A DNA stretch of 64,000 nucleotides from NCBI GenBank assembly GCA_013239625.1, contig MU053418.1, positions 124,001 to 188,000 on the forward strand, written 5' to 3'. Origin of the DNA: Lama guanicoe. Its lineage: Eukaryota. This document shows positions 42,111 through 56,440 of this stretch, in pieces. Both the position numbers and the translations under genes were made by a program. Position 1 is the first letter of the stretch; each line of letters opens with the position of its first letter. Below the pieces are notes generated by a model. The model made no database searches. It was not told the DNA's origin and saw only the letters and a list, made by a program, of their open reading frames with translations.

Positions 42111-42356
42111 GCCAACAACCTCCTCTATCTACAGCCTCCTTAACTCCCACACCACAGTGCCCTGTGTCCTGTGACATGAACAGTCACACGATTCTGTTCC
42201 CATGTGAGGAGCCTCTCACTAACCTGTGGTAGGACTGCTGCCAATGCCGCTGTGTTAGGAAGGGAAGGGAAAAGAAGGGAAGCCTTGTAATTTTTAAAAA
42301 GAATATATTCCAATATTATCTGTAAAATATAATTAATAATACAAACTAAGAAATAA

Positions 42357-42693
42357 TGCTATAGACTAAATGTGCCCCCCCCAAAAAATCGTACTCAGAA
42401 ACGTAATCCCAATATAATAGTATTTGGAGGTGGGGCCTTTGGTGGGTCACTAGGTCATAAGACTGGAGCCCTCACAAGTGATATTAGCACCCTTATAAAA
42501 GAGATCCCTCCCCATGTCTGCCATGTGAGGACACAGGGAGAAGACAAAGAGCAGGCCTTCAACAGACTCAGACTCTGCCCACACCTTGATCTTGGCCTTC
42601 TCCATCTCTAGAAGTGTAAGAAATAGCCACCCATTATTTAGAAGCTGCCCAGTCTATGGCATTTTGTTATTGCGACCCAAATGGACTAAGACA
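42357..42693 (+). mobile_element. MaLR LTR (MLT1A-like)
   Basis: tgctatagactaaatgtg...gtatttggaggtggggcctttgg...cccttataaaagag...ggactaagaca. Confidence 0.85.
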
Positions 42694-45029
42694 TTAAATT
42701 AGACAATGGAGGTTCACAGTTTCTAGTCCCATTAAGGATGGCAGGAGGTTCCTAAACTTAGCTCCTACATCCATCTCCTACTGAGACAGTAATTTCTTCT
42801 CCCTGATCCACATTTTCATCATCATTACTACGGCCACTACATTCCCACTCCCCTGGCTTCAGTAAATGTTAAATTCGACCATTTCTAGCACAGTTCCGGA
42901 CACTTAGCAAATGTTCGATAAAATGTCTCCAGTCATTACTCAGAGGGTATCAAGAAGGAAAGTTGCTTAAGAAAACTCAGCCACTCCTTCCTCCCTGCAG
43001 GACATCCACAGGTCCTCTTCCTCTCAATGTTGTGGCTGATGCCAGCCCAGGAACAAAATTCCAGGGCCCAGAGACCAACAGATCAGGAGTAAACATGCAC
43101 ACCAATCATGGCTGCTAATCACCTCCAACTTCCTTTACTGTTTCAAGGAACATGACTCAAGAGACTCATGTGTGGAGAAGACTACATGAGAGGCCTCAGT
43201 TATAAGTACATAGCTATCAGCTCAAATTCCTCTGAGCTCTGAATGCATAGGCTTCCTCTAGGAAAGGTTCTTAGAACCAGCTTAATTTTCAACCAAGTCT
43301 GCGTTTTCATTTATAGCTTAACATTATTAGCTAAATTAAAGCAGTAAAAACTATATGATTTATTTGTTAAGTACAAACTATTCTTTGGAAATGGGTTTAA
43401 ACTAAGAGATAATTTGTAAGAATAGTACAAATAACCTTTTTATCCTGAACCATTGAAAGTAGGTTGCCACAATGATGCCCTCTTCACTCCCAAATACTTT
43501 AGTAGTAAGAATACTCTTCATAATCACATTTCAACCATCAAAACCAGGAACTTAACACTGATGCCTACCACCTAATCCTCACACCCATTTGAGTTACACC
43601 CACTTGCTGAATAATTGCCTGTAGAGCAAAATAATTCAATCCAGGTTCACATATTGTGACTTCACTTCTCTTTAGTCTCCTACAAACACTTTCTCAGGTT
43701 TCTTTTCTTGACTTGCATGATCTTGAGACCTTTGAAGATTATGAGCCATTTATTTTGAACAGTGCTTCTCAGTTTGGGTTTGTTTGGTGTTTTCTCCTGC
43801 ATAGATTCAGGTTATGCATTTTTGGCTGTGTTCCTCTCACTGCATTCTATTACATGGTACCCAAACTCAATTTGTTTCAACACTATTTATGTTAACTTTA
43901 ACCGCTTGATTAGATTGGGTCAGCCAACTTTGAAAGCTACTTTTTCCCATTGTAACCATGTTTCTGCTTTACCAGCTGTTCCCTGTCATGCTTTGTTAAT
44001 AGTATATGCTTGAGCAACTGCAAGGCTGGAGGAGGGAAAAAGCACGTGCTCCTTCCTGTTTGTTTCCTGTGAACTTCCCATCTGCCAGCGCCACCCCAGC
44101 AATGCTTCTTCACCAAGGTATACAGTGCCTTCTCAGAGCCCAGTTAAATCCAGTTTAGTTTTTCTTAACACTTGCAAATCAGCCTCCTCATGCCTCGTGA
44201 GCGACACCAGTGTCAGTCAGCCAGTCCTCTCTCCGTAGCTAATACGGATCCCAATTCCATGAAGCACCTCTTCTGGGCCCAGAGATAACCACATCAGTGG
44301 AATAGGGTCCCCTTTCAGAGGTCTTCAGCTCTGCGGGATGCCTTCTCTGTTGTGGTGTAAATATATGATGAAACAACAATATTTAGTGTAGGCAACCCTG
44401 GTATATCTCACAAAAGTTATTCAGGCAAGGGTACAGCATTCCACTATTCTTATTTTAGGGTCTAAAACAAAAATCAAACATACATGAAATAGCTGTTAAA
44501 GAGTATAATATATATAAGATTGACAAAGCTCAGAGGTTATTCACATATACATTTAAAGCTGATTACTCTGATGATTCAACCCATTTGTGTCTTTTTCAAA
44601 GCTACATATTCCATGGTGACCATGATTAAGTAAACATACTGTTATATTACTAATAATATATTCAGTACTGCATTCAAAACTTTGCTTCTAGAATTAGATT
44701 ATTTCTGGATAAAGATTTCCCCCAACATTTCTTAAACTGACAATTTCCGATACATATTCTCTGATAACATAAATTTTGAAATGTTTTTCAAGATTATAAA
44801 GTTTTATTCTACACTCAGTTATCTGATGTTCAATAAGATGTTGAGTCTTTGAAAATTGTCCTACATTCATTTCATTTTGGGGTTTTTCCATTGTAAATAT
44901 CTGACTTATAAAATTTTTCACTTGCTGATGAAGGTTTAATAAAATGCAGGATATTGACAAGGGTTTCTCCCTTACTGAACTCTCTGACATACAATGTTTC
45001 TCACAACTCCATTAGATTCACATATGAGA

Positions 45030-45439
45030 TAAGGGATGGCTAAGATATGCTATGGCAACACACAGACCTAAACATGTAATTGCTCAACACAAGTTTGTTT
45101 CTTGTTCATGAAAAGACTTTAGGATGCAGGTAGAAAAGGGAGGGCTCTGCTCGGGAAGTCATGCAGAGATCTTGGTTTCTTCCAACTTGTGAATCTCTCA
45201 TCTCCAATGACTAGCTCCCAACCTGTCCTGAGGATAATCTCCATTGCTCTTTGATAGGGAAAGAAGTGGGAAGCAGGAAAGAGTTCAAATAAGGTCCTTT
45301 ACAAGCTTGGAAAAATACAAACCAAATATACCCACATTTTGAGTCAGAGCTTGATCACATAACCTCACTGGTTAGAAGAAAGGCTAGAAAATCTGGACTA
45401 GTTGTGAGGACTGGGAAAAACATAGCCAGTTTCTGCCAC

Positions 45440-45440
<1 letters not shown>
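45030..45440. mobile_element. Old MaLR LTR (MLT1-type) at the 3' end of the pseudogene ZF array
   Basis: gctaagatatgctatggcaaca...aacacaagtttgtttcttgttcatg...ggctagaaaatctggactag...tttctgccaca. Confidence 0.5.
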
Positions 45441-45805
<365 letters not shown>

Positions 45806-47659
45806 TTTTTCTTTTTAACATTTTTTATTGATTTATAATCATTTTATAATGTTGTATCAAATTCCAGTGTAGAGCACAGTTTTTCAGTTATATGTGAACA
45901 TATATATATTCATTGTCACATTTTTTTTTTTNNNNNNNNNNNNNNNNNNNNNNNNNNNNNNNNNNNNNNNNNNNNNNNNNNNNNNNNNNNNNNNNNNNNN
46001 NNNNNNNNNNNNNNNNNNNNNNNNNNNNNNNNNNNNNNNNNNNNNNNNNNNNNNNNNNNNNNNNNNNNNNNNNNNNNNNNNNNNNNNNNNNNNNNNNNNN
46101 NNNNNNNNNNNNNNNNNNNNNNNNNNNNNNNNNNNNNNNNNNNNNNNNNNNNNNNNNNNNNNNNNNNNNNNNNNNNNNNNNNNNNNNNNNNNNNNNNNNN
46201 NNNNNNNNNNNNNNNNNNNNNNNNNNNNNNNNNNNNNNNNNNNNNNNNNNNNNNNNNNNNNNNNNNNNNNNNNNNNNNNNNNNNNNNNNNNNNNNNNNNN
46301 NNNNNNNNNNNNNNNNNNNNNNNNNNNNNNNNNNNNNNNNNNNNNNNNNNNNNNNNNNNNNNNNNNNNNNNNNNNNNNNNNNNNNNNNNNNNNNNNNNNN
46401 NNNNNNNNNNNNNNNNNNNNNNNNNNNNNNNNNNNNNNNNNNNNNNNNNNNNNNNNNNNNNNNNNNNNNNNNNNNNNNNNNNNNNNNNNNNNNNNNNNNN
46501 NNNNNNNNNNNNNNNNNNNNNNNNNNNNNNNNNNNNNNNNNNNNNNNNNNNNNNNNNNNNNNNNNNNNNNNNNNNNNNNNNNNNNNNNNNNNNNNNNNNN
46601 NNNNNNNNNNNNNNNNNNNNNNNNNNNNNNNNNNNNNNNNNNNNNNNNNNNNNNNNNNNNNNNNNNNNNNNNNNNNNNNNNNNNNNNNNNNNNNNNNNNN
46701 NNNNNNNNNNNNNNNNNNNNNNNNNNNNNNNNNNNNNNNNNNNNNNNNNNNNNNNNNNNNNNNNNNNNNNNNNNNNNNNNNNNNNNNNNNNNNNNNNNNN
46801 NNNNNNNNNNNNNNNNNNNNNNNNNNNNNNNNNNNNNNNNNNNNNNNNNNNNNNNNNNNNNNNNNNNNNNNNNNNNNNNNNNNNNNNNNNNNNNNNNNNN
46901 NNNNNNNNNNNNNNNNNNNNNNNNTATATTCTTGCCTCCTTTGTCGAAGATTAGTTGACCAAAAGTTTGTGGGTTCATTTCTGGGCTCTCTATTCTGTTC
47001 CATTGGTCTATATGTCTGTTTTTGTACCAATACCATGCTGTCTTGATGACTGTAGCTCTATAGTATCGTCTGAAGTCTAGGATGTTGTCCGTTTTTATGA
47101 CTGAGTAGTATTCCATTGTATAAATATACCACATCTTCTTTATCTAGTCATCTGTTGATGGACATTTAGGCTGTCTCCATGTCTTGGCTATTGTAAATAG
47201 TGCTGCTTTGAACATTGCGGTTGAGGTGTCATTTTGAAGTAGGGTTCCTTTTGGATATATGCCCAGGAGCAGGATTCCTGGGTCATACAGTAAGTCTATT
47301 CCTAATCCTTTGAGGATTCTCCATACTGTTTTCCACAGTGGCTGCACCAAACTGCATTCCCACCAGCAGTGTAGGAGGGTTCCCCTTTCTCCACAGCATT
47401 ATCTCACATACATCTCAAAAATGTTCTCCTAGGGCAGTCTACCCAAGCAATAGAAATAAAAGCAACAATAAACAAATGGGACCTAATGAAACTTACAAGC
47501 TCCTGCACAGCAAAGGAAACCATAAGTAAAACAAAAAGACAACCTATGGAATGGGAGAAAATTTTTGCAAATGAACCGACAAAGGCTTGATCTCCAGAAT
47601 ATAAAAGCAGCTCATATGACTTAATAAGAAACAACCAAACAACCCAGTTCAAAAAATGG
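45806..47659 (-). mobile_element. Young L1 (5'-truncated, 5'-inverted, internally rearranged) inserted in the pseudogene ZF exon; contains assembly gap 45932-46924
   Basis: Perfect 17-bp TSD GTAAACTCTCTGATGTT at 45789-45805 and 47660-47676; T-tail on the left; ORF2 peptides [26 protein letters not shown] and VQPLWKTVW. Confidence 0.9.
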
Positions 47660-48625
<966 letters not shown>

Positions 48626-48700
48626 CTAGAAATAAAAATATTAAACATATAAAAATTTGAACATATTCCTAATAGAATTGGACTAAGATACAAGTGTCCT

Positions 48701-48881
48701 GAGGGGAGGCTATAGCTCAGTGTTAGAGTATGTGCCTAGCATGCATGAAGTCCTGGGTTCTATCCCCAGTACCTCCATTAAATAAATAAATAAATAGATA
48801 AATTAGGTAATTTTATTAGTAAATATAGGCTTAAATAAACCTCTGCCCCTCCCCCCCAAAAAACAAACAAAAACTTTAAAA
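48701..48881 (+). mobile_element. tRNA-derived SINE (camelid Vic-1-like)
   Basis: GGGGAGGCTATAGCTCAGTGTTAGAG...GGGTTCTATCCCCAGTACCTCCA plus (TAAA)n tail; imperfect 16-bp TSD AAGATACAAGTGTCCT / AAGATTCTAGTGTCCT. Confidence 0.88.
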
Positions 48882-50489
48882 AAGATTCTAGTGTCCTATT
48901 ATATATTTAACTTTTGGCTTCAGCAGTCTCTCAAGATCAAAGTGCCTTTTTCTCACTTAGTTTGTTTGTGAAAACAAATGTGGAATAGAGAGAGCAAAAT
49001 TAAAAAATAAGCCGACATGTAATCATCCAGCATTTTACAACTAAAACTTTCAAAATGGATACAGATGAATATATAAACTCAAGAAACAGTGAACAGAGGA
49101 TGGAAGATTTTACAGGAGTGGTAGATTCAGGTAGGAAGAAAATCACAGTGACTGGGGTGGGTCCAGCTGAGCTAATGAAGAGTAACTGGGATGACAATGA
49201 AAACCAGTAGGTAAAGGTGTTAATGGGAGAAATATGAGAAACTGAAGAGACAGACTACAGAGTAAATCTAATACGTTCAAACCTACATTGTTTTAATAAC
49301 ATCGTGACAAGTTTTCATGCTTTCATTTGAACTTCCCTTATTCTCATTCTACACATAATGGCAAAGTAAATTCCTGAATGCACCAACTGCTTCATGTTTC
49401 AGGGAAGAGTTATTAGCTGGAACTCTAATCTCCTCTTCTAGCGGTGATTCACAGGAACATACAAAAGTACAAAACAATGACAGACTAAGGGGCCCCATGG
49501 CAATCTAGATCTGATGTATTGCTCTGTTTTGGCTGTGACACCTTAATGTTGCTCTGTCATAGTTGTTCAACAGGTGAACTATCATATCATAATAGTCACA
49601 TTTATGTTTACTTACTTTTCCTTAAAACTTTGCCTGTTTCACACAAAAATACTTCATTTTGCTTTATATTTCATATCTCACATTTTAACATTTTAGGCTT
49701 CTACTTACTGTTAGAATTTAAGGACTGTATTTTTCAGTCCAATCCCAGAAAATGGGCAACAACTATGTTTATTTACCATTTAAAAAGTCCTGTGCATATT
49801 TGTTATCCACCACAACAAAATCTATCCCAAGCTGAGAAACCACTGACCTGAGCCAAGCACCACATAGAAAACTGTTACAAGTCATCATTCTAGCAAATTT
49901 ACATCAACTAAATGCACATCAGATTTTCAACCTACCATTCTACAACCCCACAATTAATATCCTCTGCCCCAGTCTAGTAAGTTCTTTGTCTCATTGAATT
50001 GCTTTTCCTCCACAGCAAGTTGAAAGTGTGTTCTCACACTCAGCCTGTGTTCTAGCCTTGGCTCTACTTAATATCTAGAAAAAAATGACATAATACTATT
50101 ACTCCAAATCTCCAAGAATGCCTTTTCAAATCTACCTGCTTTATAAACACTCAAATTTATATTTACTCTAAGTGTAAAAGTAGTGCCTATCTAGACCTGT
50201 TGTTTTAACACAACCTGAGCACTACTTTCTAACATACTGTATTTCATCTACTGTAAGGTACATATACTTAACATTCTAAAGTCAGGATGCATCTCATAGT
50301 TGATCACAGACCTGTGATCAGCAGGTCACAGTATAGTGGGCAGAATAGTTTTTCCTTAGATGTTCATCAAATAATGGTCCAGTAATAAACTACAGTTTCG
50401 TGGATTTGAGAGAAGATGACAAGTTATTCTTAATTAAGTGCCAAATTTAAAGTGCTTCGTGCAATTTTATTCTCATTCTTATAACCAAA

Positions 50490-50690
50490 GGATGGCAAAC
50501 TTTTCCTTAAAGGGCAAAATAGTACATATTTCAGGCTTTGCAGTCCATACTACCTGTCACAATATTGAACTCTGCTATTAAGCATGAAATCAGCCAGAAA
50601 CCATGTGTAGATAAATGAGCTTGGTTGTGCTGCAAAAAAAAATTTATTCATAAAAACATGTGGCAGGTTTCCAGCCATAGTTTGCTTTGC
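50490..50690. mobile_element. MER58A-like MITE
   Basis: ggatggcaaacttttccttaaagggcaaaatagtacatatttcaggctttgcag. Confidence 0.7.
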
Positions 50691-51425
50691 TCTAACAATA
50701 CCCAATGCTCATAGCAGATGTTATTAACTCTCCTATTTCTTCTGAAGTTGAGTGATTTTTAAATCAATAGACTTCAATAAGCTCTGTGTATCAGCATTAA
50801 CTGGAAAGCTTTTTCTAAACACAAATGTTTAGACACTGTGCCATTTTATGTCTGATGCATCAGAATTATAGGCTCATAACCTGAGCATGTATTCAGAAAG
50901 AGTCCCCTCAAAGTGTTTTCAGAATATGAAGTTCTTCCTCTACCTGGTTCCAGTCAACATGGGTTTACCAAAAGTCTATTTCAGGTTATATACTTAAGTA
51001 AGAAAGAGTACCAGAGTAGCCATTTTCTTTCCTAGATCATAAACCAGATATGAAAAAAGCTTGATACTATTAGATAACAGATTCTATGACTTTTGTTTAG
51101 TTTTGTGTAAAAGACCCAGCACACGCTGAGTGTCAAGAGAAAGAGATGCTAGGGGCTCAAACATTCAAGAACTGTTTCTTGTAAGATGACAAACTTAACC
51201 TACACTTTAAGGATATGCAATATAGTAACAGTAAAAATCATCTTTTATTATATACTGAGCACTTTTCTTTATTAATTCATTTAGTATCTAGCCAAGGAAA
51301 GAAAATAATGAAGAAAGGTGTGACATAGAAAAATATCCAAAATGAATATATGTATGTATATGTTTGACTGAAACATTATGCTGTACATCAGCAATTGACA
51401 CAACATTGTAAACTGACTATACTTA

Positions 51426-51468
51426 AAAAAGAAAAGAAAAGAAAAGAAAAGAAAAGAAAAGAAAAAAA
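51426..51468 (+). repeat. (GAAAA)n microsatellite derived from an L1 tail (~51310-51425)
   Basis: About 7 GAAAA units after attgacacaacattgtaaactgactatac. Confidence 0.85.
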
Positions 51469-52573
51469 TATGTGCTACACCTAAGTGGCATTTGAGGAGA
51501 GGGGATAAAATGTTTAGCGACAGTACAGGCAACAGAAAAACAAAATTAAGGAAGCCAAATCAGACCATAAAGTGATAGTCAATGGCAGGCAAGTAATTAA
51601 ATTTCATGAAATAAATAATAGGGGAAACATAAATTTATCTTGTCAGGCTACTGAAAGAAAACGATGTTCTAGGTGAAACAAACAAAAAAAAGCACCACCA
51701 CCTCTTCCATCACCACCACCTCTTCCATCACCACCACTAACACACCTCACTAACTACAATTAGGAACTGGAGAAAATAAAAGTATGAGGGAATATGGTTC
51801 TTACTGATATCAGTAGAAAGTGAGAATATGAGAAATATTAGAAGTTTAAAAAGAAAAAGTATTCAAGAATACAAAAGAGAAAATAAAAGAAAGAACTTGT
51901 CTTGTGGGCTTGACAATTTCGTTACCAATTTCTGATTTTATCAGACTATGATTAGGGAATGTCATATTTCTACTTTTGTGGGATTTTTGAGAGTTTTCTG
52001 TGAGCATGATATCTTCCCGCTTGTTTGCACGTGCTCTTTAGGCACATTAAAAGGTGTTTTTTCATCGCTTTTAGCTACAGACAAAAATATAACCTTATAA
52101 AATTAGGGAGGCTATAATCTTGTTATAGTACTTAATCTTACAAGTCTGGATTTGTGATCCTATGAATAAATTACCTATTTATGTAGATAGTATCAAGTAA
52201 TACTCTACTACATGCAACAGTGAAATTAGCGTTTCCTCCCTTCTCACAAACTAAATTTTAGTAGATTTTATTACCTTTCTTAGTTTTTATCTTTGTGCTA
52301 TTAAACATACAAATGTCTGTATTACTTGACCTGTCCGCATAAATGGTATCTTTGGACCCCGAGCTTTTAATGATCAGAAAATCAGCTTACATTCCTTCTC
52401 AGACATTACCCTTTCCTTGTCCAATTTTATCACATATATATCCTTTCTACACTTCCAAAGTAGGTGCCACTAAGAAGAGATTCTTAGTAAACATTTACAT
52501 GTTCAACTTCTAAACTGACCACCTAGAATACAATTTCCCAAGGCTTCCTCTTGCCTAGTATTCACTAACTCAC

Positions 52574-52669
52574 CTGGGTAGCTCTGGGATAGAAGTTTTT
52601 CCTCTAATATCCATGGATCATCTCCTTGCTCTAGTTTGAAAATCACCTCTGGGTTGGTAATGAAATACC
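52574..52669 (-). pseudogene. Pseudogene KRAB-B exon (still open)
   Basis: 96 bp, tttacag|GG...CCAG|gtgagt; (G)YFITNPEVIFKLEQGDDPWILEEKLLSQSYP. Confidence 0.88.
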
Positions 52670-52947
52670 CTGTAAAAGGAAAAATGACAGAATAGGGGCC
52701 GGGCTGTATGTGCTACAGCAACTCTAAAGGAGGAATAAGGTAGAGTTTCTGGAGCTGCACCTTGATGGGCTCATTTAAATCTTTCACGGGATGCAAGAAT
52801 TCAAATATTCTTCCTGGTGTTTAAAAAAAATTAGCAATCTCAGATTCCTGAATCAAAAGCCTCAACATTAACCACAAAAGACCACAAGTTTTGTTATCTA
52901 AGAAATAAAATGCATTCTATTCATGTTTTGATATGGAAACTTTGCTT

Positions 52948-53610
52948 CCACTGAGACAAGGTTGTAGTGTTCTCCAGTATCACGTCCCTGCACATCATCT
53001 TCTTGTAACAGAAAGAAGAAATTTGACTCCATATTAGATCTGTTCCTTTGACTTTAACCCTGTGCCCTGCTTTCTAGGCTTAGTCTTGCTGGTTCTGCAC
53101 CTTTTGTACAAGAATTCTGCCTTTAGCCTGAAATATACAGGACAGCCTATCTTCAAGACTGAACTTTAAGGATATTAACACTTTTGCACTTATATAAAGA
53201 TAACAAATTGCAGAACAGAAAATAACATTTGTTTTGTTAGAGGTTTTACAGGGGCACCATGACCACCCACGTGGACAGCTGCAAGAACAAAGGATTCCAA
53301 GAACAAAGAATTCTGACACCAAGAAGTTTGCAGCAACCAACCACACCCCCTCCACTTTTTAGTATAAAAGGAGCCTGAATTCTGACTTGGGTAAGATGGT
53401 TCTCCAAGACATTAGTCTGCCATCTTCTTGGTCTGCCAACTTTCTGAATAAAGTCGCTATTCCTTGCCCCAACACCTTGTCTCCCAATTTATTGGCCTAT
53501 CACGTGGTGAGGAAAACAAGTTTGGACTTAGTAACACTCTGAGCAGGGTTCAGGTGCAGCCATTCCTCCCAGATGAAGCCCACAGACACATACCTGAATG
53601 ACACTGACCC
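52948..53610 (-). pseudogene. Pseudogene KRAB-A exon, split into 53537-53610 and 52948-53003 by a solo LTR
   Basis: GSVSFRYVSVGFIWEEWLHLNPAQ-[LTR]-KMMCRDVILEN then frameshift; reconstructed length 126 bp (canonical 127 minus 1); expected donor GTGG|gtaag reads GTGG|aagc. Confidence 0.88.
53004..53536 (+). mobile_element. Solo ERV1-class LTR, MER41-like
   Basis: TG...CA termini (TGTAACA...GTAACA), 533 bp, TATAAAA 53363-53369, AATAAA 53447-53452, 4-bp TSD TTCT/CTCT; 5' end resembles recalled artiodactyl MER41 consensus. Confidence 0.85.
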
Positions 53611-55005
53611 CTGTAACAATACGTTTCTGGTCAGCCTAAAATGATCAGAATTGTAGCGGCACAGAAAAGATATATGGAAACTAATTCTTACCAGGTTCAC
53701 TGTGGAGAGTTTATATGTTATAATATGTCTACTATGTACATTATTTCATAATAGATTTTATAAAAGAAAAATAATTTTTAAATTCCTGCTTTTAATTTAT
53801 TAATGCCCTGTGCCTTGAAATGTCCTGGCTGTTGGGAATAGTAAGAAGAGTAAAACATTCTTCTTGTTCTCCAGCAGGTTAAGTACTACACAAACACAAT
53901 GCACTCAAAAACTCCAAAAATAAGGTGTTACTGGAATGTTAGAAAAAGTGAAAAGTATACTGGGGTCAGTAAAGAAAAGAAAAGTTAACTATTCTGTATC
54001 AACAGTTTATGATTAATTGGCGAGGAAAAGCTTTAAGGCCTTAAATGAGATGGATATATGTTCTTTATAATTATGAGGCAACATGACACAAACAAAATAT
54101 TGGAGGCACTGAAAATTCATGGATTAACTTCAGCTTCTGCCCTAGGATATAGAAAGAAAAAGAATAACTGTCATTCATACAATGACAATGGGCCTAGTAA
54201 CTTCAGATTCACAACTTTTTTTCTAACTTATGGGAAAGCCAAGGTCACAAGGCATCCAAGTGTCCCAAACCTCGGAAGAGATAGTATCTGCAGGGCAAGG
54301 GGACATGTATGTTCTTGCCTACACCAGTTGGACCACAGGTAAGAAAATTTAACCAGAATCAGTGGCATATTAATTGACAAAGACTGAGTGTGGGCAGGCA
54401 CAATAGTGTGAAACCCCTGGGGGTCACAGACATTAAAGGACCTTGCACCTTCTCACAGGCTTTTTTGCCACAAAGCCACTGGTCATTTACTCTGTTCCTG
54501 GGTAAAAGGAAGGATTGTGCACTGAGCCTACAACTACAGCAGGGAAGGAGCAAGAAAACCAAGCAAGCCACATCTTGGAGACCCAGGGACACAGAGCATC
54601 CCCAAGACCGAGGCTGTATTGGAACAAGAGAGAATACAGTGCCCACTTTCCACCACCAAGCTAATGAGCTTAGAATTACACGTTCCAATAGAACACTGCT
54701 GACAGAGGGACTGGAGGTAAATAAAAAGCCTGCAAAGAGACTCTCTGAGGCACAAAACAAAGAGAAATCCTAAAAACTCAGAGGACAGACATAACTTTGG
54801 TAAACTAACCCCTATCCTAAAACACAAGGTATCTTAACAGAAATTTGAAGCCTATACTGCACTGAAGGTACTAACACAAACAACACATCTCAAATCCTGC
54901 CAAGTCCTAACTAGATTAATTCAAACCCCTGGACTGGAAGGAAAGTCAGGCCAATTTCTAGGGGGAAATAATATAAGAAACAGTGGCTTAAAATTTATCC
55001 CAATT

Positions 55006-55546
55006 TTTAAAAAATTGAAGTATGGTTGATTTACAATGTTATATTAGTTTCAGGTGTACAGCAAACTGATTCAGTTATACATGTAGATACATATTCTTTT
55101 TAAATTTTATTTATTTATTTTATATATTTTTATTGAAGTACAGTCAGTTTACAATGTTGTGTCAATTTCTGGTGTACAGCACAATACTTCAGTCACATAG
55201 GAACATACATATTCTTCTTCACCATACATTACAAGATATTGAATGTGGTTTCCTGTGCTATACAGTAAGTTCTTGCTGTTTATCTATTTTATATATAGTA
55301 GTGTGTATATGTTAATCCCAAACTCCTAATTTACCCCTCCCCTCCACCCCTCTTCCCTCTGGTAACCATAGTTTGTTTTCTAAGTCAGTGAGTATATTTC
55401 TGGTGTATAAATAAGTTCATTTGTATCATTTTTTTAAGATTCCACATATAAGTGATATCATGATATTTGTCTTTCTCTGTCTCACTTACTTTACTTAATA
55501 TGATAATCTCTAGGCCCATCCATGTTGCTGCAAATGGCATTATTTC
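55006..55546 (-). mobile_element. L1 3' end(s) inserted in an older plus-strand L1 (~54200-56440)
   Basis: 16-bp TSD AAAATTTA(T/C)CCCAATT at 54990-55005 and 55547-55562; two successive 3'-terminal motifs (ttgaagta...tttacaatgtt). Confidence 0.8.
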
Positions 55547-56029
55547 AAAATTTACCCCAATTAATTATAGGAAACAAACCAAAGATCCAAGAAAGTCAAA
55601 AATACCAAGCAGCAGTTAGGTGCGGTTAGGCACAACATATTAGATTCCCTTAAAAAGAAGAGAGAACATCTTAAAGGTAGCCAGTAAACAAAGAAATATT
55701 ACAAAAGAGGAATAAAGATAACAATTAAAGCAGAATTTTTGCCAGAAGCCATGAAAACTAGAACACAATGAAGTGATATACGTAAAGTGCTGAAAGAAAA
55801 TACCTGTCAATCAGGAATTCTATATTTATCAAAAATATCTTCAATAATAATTGAAAAACTACTTCTGCAGAAAAACAAAAATTTAAGGAATTCTTCACTA
55901 GCACAAGAAATGTTAAAGGAATACAATGTCAGAGTGAAAATTGCATCTACACACACACACACACAAAGAAAAGTGATAGAAATGTAATAAATAAGGGAAA
56001 AATTAAATTAATCCTTCCTTTCTCTAAAG

Positions 56030-56255
56030 CAAAGGTCAGAAAATTTTTTCTTTAAAGAGCTAGACAGTAAATATTTTGGGCTTTGTGGGTCATACATTAC
56101 ATATAGCAATTACTCAACTCTACCATTATAGTGTGAAAGTACACACTGACAATACATTAAAAAATTGTGTGGTTGTGTTCCCGATAAACTTGATTTACAA
56201 AAGCAGGTAGTGAGCTGAATTTCACCTATGGGCCCTAGACTGAGATCCTTGCTCT
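56030..56255. mobile_element. MER58A-like MITE
   Basis: ttttttctttaaagagctagacagtaaatattttgggctttgtgggtcatac...atttacaaaagcaggtagtgagctgaattt. Confidence 0.75.
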
Positions 56256-56440
56256 AAAGGATTACTGACTGTCTAAAGCAAATAGAGTAGCACTATACCG
56301 TGCGCATAGAGCATATGTTAAAGTAAAATGTATGAGGCAATAGAAGCACAAAGGACAGGAGGGAAGAGTTGGAAATATACAGCTGTGAGGTCATTATACT
56401 AAACAGCAAGTAGTTTAATATTTGAAAGGAGATTCTGATT

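Noticed and set aside
45884..47134. Four ORFs of 354-416 aa
   Set aside because: Artefacts of reading through the 993-N gap; flanks are L1
48703..48777. tRNA-like sequence (also 7692-7767)
   Set aside because: Has an A-rich tail and TSDs, so it is a SINE head rather than a tRNA gene
51693..51737. 18-bp tandem repeat CACCACCACCTCTTCCAT x2.5; also (TG)n ~5304-5328 and (CA)n ~55949-55964
   Set aside because: Ordinary low-complexity repeats
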